Shown here: in pieces, positions 59,486 to 64,000 of the stretch
Layout of the letters: each line of letters starts with the position of its first letter
Position numbering within the stretch: position 1 is the stretch's first letter
Source: Octopus vulgaris
Taxonomy: Eukaryota
NCBI GenBank assembly: GCA_951406725.2
Contig: OX597817.1
Span: 138,632,001 to 138,696,000, forward strand
DNA: 64,000 nucleotides
Direction: 5' to 3'
The notes under the pieces: model-generated
What the model was told of the DNA's origin: nothing
Seen by the model: the letters and a program-made list of their open reading frames with translations, nothing else
Databases searched by the model: none
Program-made: the position numbers and the translations under genes

Positions 59486-59633
59486 GTATCCTTTTTTGTC
59501 TGAAAAGTGCACGCAAAACATTTGAAAATAAAGTTTGTTGTTTTATATTTCAAGATTTACTAAACAACTTGCAAGCTGATTTTTCTAGAAACAGCTGTTT
59601 TGTAAATGAATCACTGTGCAAAGTTGTAAGTAA

Positions 59634-59708
<75 letters not shown>

Positions 59709-59718
59709 CATACATACA

Positions 59719-59830
59719 CGCACAAATTGTACCGGTCATAAGTTTGACACATTTAGAAAAGATGTGATTAAAGTATTTCAGGAAATAGGATTTACTGTTG
59801 CTGTACATAAAAACCTCATCGTATTACTTA
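59719..59830 (+). pseudogene. Short Naiad-type RT fragment
   Basis: NCTGHKFDTFRKDVIKVFQEIGFTVAVHKNL aligns with NCTNRSLECLKKKMYKFFKNNGRGISIENE at 30628. Confidence 0.6.
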
Positions 59831-60243
59831 AAAGTATTCAATTGGAATATTTCAGCAGCAACGCAATTTCTTGACTCTGACTGTAATGGAATTTACGACG
59901 TTTTTATAATAATATTACCACGAGAACCAGAAAGGAAATCAAAAGCGTGTGCCTGGCGCAGTCGTTTTCGCTCGTGCCCTTCACAAAAATGTTTCCAAAC
60001 GAAAGAACACAAGGACAAACATGTCCTTGGAACTTACATTTCATGGTTCAAAAAATATTCAAACTGTGAATTTTGAGAAGAAAAGTAGGTTCGGTTCAAC
60101 AGTGGATGATATGAAACGAGTAACTCCGAGTCCTGGAAATCGGAGCCTTTCATTTATATTGTATTAAAGAATACTCTGCACTCGTATTAAATCTTGTATT
60201 TTATCGCCTCCGGTGAATCAACAAAGATTTACATAGATATATA

Positions 60244-61085
60244 CAGGTTGCGGTGAATAAATTGTCCTTTAAATTATGCAAAAATGAAAATAACACATCT
60301 CATTTTAACAGATATTTACTAAAATTACATAAAGATATCTTGAGTAAATTTATTCAGTAAAATCGCCATTAGCTTTCAGCAACGGCCTCCAGACGACTTC
60401 GGAATCTCCTGCAACTCTTCGAGACGGTCTCCTTGTTTAAGTTGGTGAATGCTGCCATAATCCTTGCCTTCAGCTCATCTTTGGTGTTACAAGGAGTTTT
60501 GTTGGTCTTTCGCTCAACTGCACCCCACATAATAATCAAGGGGTTTGCAGTCTGGAGGGGTGGGGTGGGGTGGCCAAATTTTAGGGTCAATGTGGTTACA
60601 TAAATTGTCTGACAGCCATGACTGGATTCTCCAGCTTTTGTGGCATGGTGCAGAGTTCTGCTGCCAGATATAGGGTCTTCCAGCAGCCACCCTCTTGACC
60701 CAGGGCAGCACTAACTCCTCCGGGTACTTACTGTAGGCCTCCGTGTTGAGTCTGAGGCCTTATGGGAAGATGAATAGAAGCATAACGTGGCCATCACTAC
60801 TGATTACTTCAAACACCATGACGTTGAATGGATGTTAGATTTTTATCATTCTCGGTAAATGTCTTCAGACTAATACCCAAACACTCTGAAATGTTCGTAT
60901 TCGAGCTTCCAGCGCGAATGCTAAGCAGTACAGCATGTCGTTTCCAAATTTCTGGCAGAGTGAATTACGTTATGGTGCTGTTTTTTTCCCAGACGGTGCC
61001 CAACTGACCTTACTATACTGTATAGTTGACAAAATCAAAAACAAACAATGCGGAAGCGCGAAATTAAAAATATAAAATGGCAACA
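60244..61085 (-). mobile_element. Internally deleted Tc1/mariner-superfamily element (maT/DD37D-like)
   Basis: TIRs CAGGTTGCGGTGAATAAATTGT / CAGGATGCGATGGGTAAATTGT; YIWQQNSAPCH, WPP..PDCKPLDYY, WGAVE, RFRSRLEAV. Confidence 0.85.
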
Positions 61086-61564
61086 ATTTACCCATCGCAT
61101 CCTGAATATGTATGTGTATATGTATAAAATTATGAGTTAGAGGTTGTGTAACCGTTTAAGGGATAAATGTATCCGAAGGCACGACGGGTGTATTACCTAA
61201 CTATGTATAGGCCTTGTTGTAAGGTTAACAGTAGCTGTTAATTAAAATGGTAAACCGTGGTTTAATATATTCAGATAAGAGATGATCAACTTCTAATTGT
61301 TACATGTTGCTCCATTTCTTCTCTTTATCTGTCTGTCTGTCTGTCTGTCAATATATATATATTAAAGAAAATAGAAATAATTAATAACTATTTACTAATT
61401 TAATTATCTCTATTTTCTTGAATATATTTAAACCTCAGTTTATCTGATTACCTTACAGTTGAATATTAATTGTAATATTCAATACTTTTTGTAATAGATA
61501 ATAAACCAGTATATTCATTGCATTTTATTTTCTCTTAATGAGGTTTTTAACCTTCAACTGATCG

Positions 61565-61624
<60 letters not shown>

Positions 61625-61629
<5 letters not shown>

Positions 61630-61801
61630 ATACCTACATAAACGTATAATATATATATATATATACCTACATAGATGTATATATATATATAATACCTACA
61701 TAAACGTATAAATTTATATATATAATACCTACATAAATGTATATATATATAATACCTACATAGATGTATATATATATATATATATAATACCTACATAAAT
61801 G

Positions 61802-61843
<42 letters not shown>

Positions 61844-61855
61844 CCTACATAAATG

Positions 61856-61901
<46 letters not shown>

Positions 61902-61913
61902 CCTACATAAATG

Positions 61914-61959
<46 letters not shown>

Positions 61960-62018
61960 CCTACATAAATGTATAATATATATATATATATATATATATA
62001 ATACCTACATAAATGTAT
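61625..62018. repeat. Compound minisatellite: TAATACCTACATARAYGTAT spaced by variable (TA)n, about 10 units
   Basis: Directly visible. Confidence 0.9.
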
Positions 62019-62041
62019 TATATATATTATAAATATTTATT

Positions 62042-62406
62042 TCCCAAAATAAAAAAGAATCGGAAATCTTTCTCGGGTCATAGGCCCATCAGGTCGCTTT
62101 CCCGGATTTTATGGAAGATATATTTCCTCCTTGGATGACACATTGGGATAAAAGAAAAACCACCAAATTATCCTGTCATATATGGTTCTTAAAAAACAGC
62201 GAGTCAGCGATAGGATATACTGGAAGATCCTGGCTAAGTGTAAACCATATACCAACGGTGGTGGCAAGTGCGGTCTTTGTGATATGGAAAAATGGCTCAT
62301 CTGGAAAAATTCCTTGAACCCCACTACATGCCTAAATTCAAAAACTGAATTTTTTTGTTCATGTCCATATTTGACAAAATACCTGTTACAGTTTTGGGCA
62401 CCCTAA
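62042..62406 (+). pseudogene. Naiad-type Penelope C-terminal fragment
   Basis: IYWKILAKCKPYTNGGGKCGLCDMEKWLI..CLNSKTEFFCSCPY. Confidence 0.8.
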
Positions 62407-62535
62407 GATCACGGATAGAATTCGCATTTTTACTATGTTCCTGCACAAGCATTCCATATGTCTTAACATTTTTTTATTGTTTTTATATATATATTCTCAT
62501 TTTTTTTTAATTGCGTGAATATGTACGTGTGTGAG

Positions 62536-62566
<31 letters not shown>

Positions 62567-62976
62567 AGAGTTTACGAAAAAAACAAAAGACGAAGACAGT
62601 TGGTGTACAAAACAAACAGATGTATTAATATAACGCTCAGGAATAGAAAAAGTTTTTTACGTTTCGAGCCTACGCTCTTCTACTGAAAGGGACACCGAAA
62701 AAAACAGGAGAGAAACAAGGAGAGAAAAAAATGTGTGTAGTGGTTAACGATCGTGCGTGTGTATATATGTGTATGTGTGTATGTATATGAGTGTAGGACT
62801 CTGTCCACTGCATAAGTGCGACTTTCATGCACACGACTCCTTCATTTATACGGATATGCATATGCTTGTATATCTGCGGTTGTAGGTGTTTGATAGAACG
62901 ATGTATATGTAAATATATATGTGTGTATATATGTGCATATATGCATGAATGTATATGCGGGAGTATGAATGTATAC

Positions 62977-63021
<45 letters not shown>

Positions 63022-63492
63022 CAAGCATACACACACTGAGCAGCTAATTTCCACAACTGTGCACAATTTCTCTTCTCTATCCCAAATCATATAAGTTCTG
63101 TTGTGCTTACATTTTATTGAGGTCTTCACTGGGACATTTCACCAGTATTCCTTTTAATGTATGTATACATATATACATACATACATTACGTGCCTAAATA
63201 AACGGGTATCACCTAAATATACACACTTGCTCATAAAGTTACATATACACAAATAAATTCGAAACTATGACATTACCAAAATTAAATCAATAAAAGATTT
63301 TCCCGGAGCATCTCTCCATGACAATCCACCCTAAAACCTAATTACCTACCATTCCATTCAAACTTACATATACAAGGAAGATTTCCACTCGACAGACTAT
63401 ATATAAAGCCAAGAATAACTTTAATACTTCGCAGTTACTATCAATAATATTTTTATTTAAGAATTATATATACATAAACATGCACACACACA

Positions 63493-63526
<34 letters not shown>

Positions 63527-64000
63527 TATATATAAAGGTTAAACGAAAGCGCTCACACACTAGAAAAAGCTTCTTCCCAAAACAGGTTAGTAACATCCTC
63601 ATAAAGGATTTCATAACACTTTTTTTTAAAATAATTACTTTAAAAAATCATCTGTACACTTCAAAAATTGTATTAAGTAATTGTGATACACTTTCAAATA
63701 TACATACATACATGGTAGCTGCTCCCTCGTTATCGAGTATGGCCATTGCACGAGTATGGCCATTGCACGAGTATGGCCAATGTTGTTATCGTGCAATGCC
63801 TGTGCAAGAAGATTTTTTTTAAAGTGAGGAAAGGCTGTGCACTGAGTCAATCCCACTCACTAAGTAACAGCAGCCATAATCCGAAAAGAAGAACAAGTCA
63901 ACATCATCGGTAACCACAGAGTCGCAGGTTTTATGTCGGAGTTAACCCAGTTACCTGAGTTACCTTCTCCTAGAAGGATGCCCTAACAAAAGCTAGGAGT

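Noticed and set aside
61625-62018. CRISPR-like repeat-spacer look (also 42107-42300)
   Set aside because: Spacers are (TA)n or absent, the context is eukaryotic, and there are no cas genes

Overview
AT-rich, microsatellite-saturated eukaryotic DNA. The repeat content (tRNA-derived SINEs with internal microsatellites, very dense TA/CA/TTA arrays) looks like an octopus/coleoid cephalopod genome, which is an inference. I find no credible host protein-coding gene; most ORFs in the track are microsatellite translations. Real coding remnants all belong to transposons: Penelope-like elements (one Neptune-type RT, six Naiad-type RT/GIY-YIG pieces), a CR1-type LINE RT, R4/Dong-type elements sitting in (TTA)n, RTE and HERO-like scraps, and Tc1, maT and mariner transposases. 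Helitrons, a Helentron-type HINE, three SINE families and a MITE carrying telomeric repeats are also present. The main hidden signal is a dense set of minimal type I hammerhead ribozyme motifs: about 7 near-intact and about 8 degenerate in 64 kb, on both strands. Many lie next to Penelope/Naiad remnants. They include a U3-A8 compensatory core and three unrelated copies with a non-canonical CCGANGA core. All folds were derived by eye, and none has been tested for activity.
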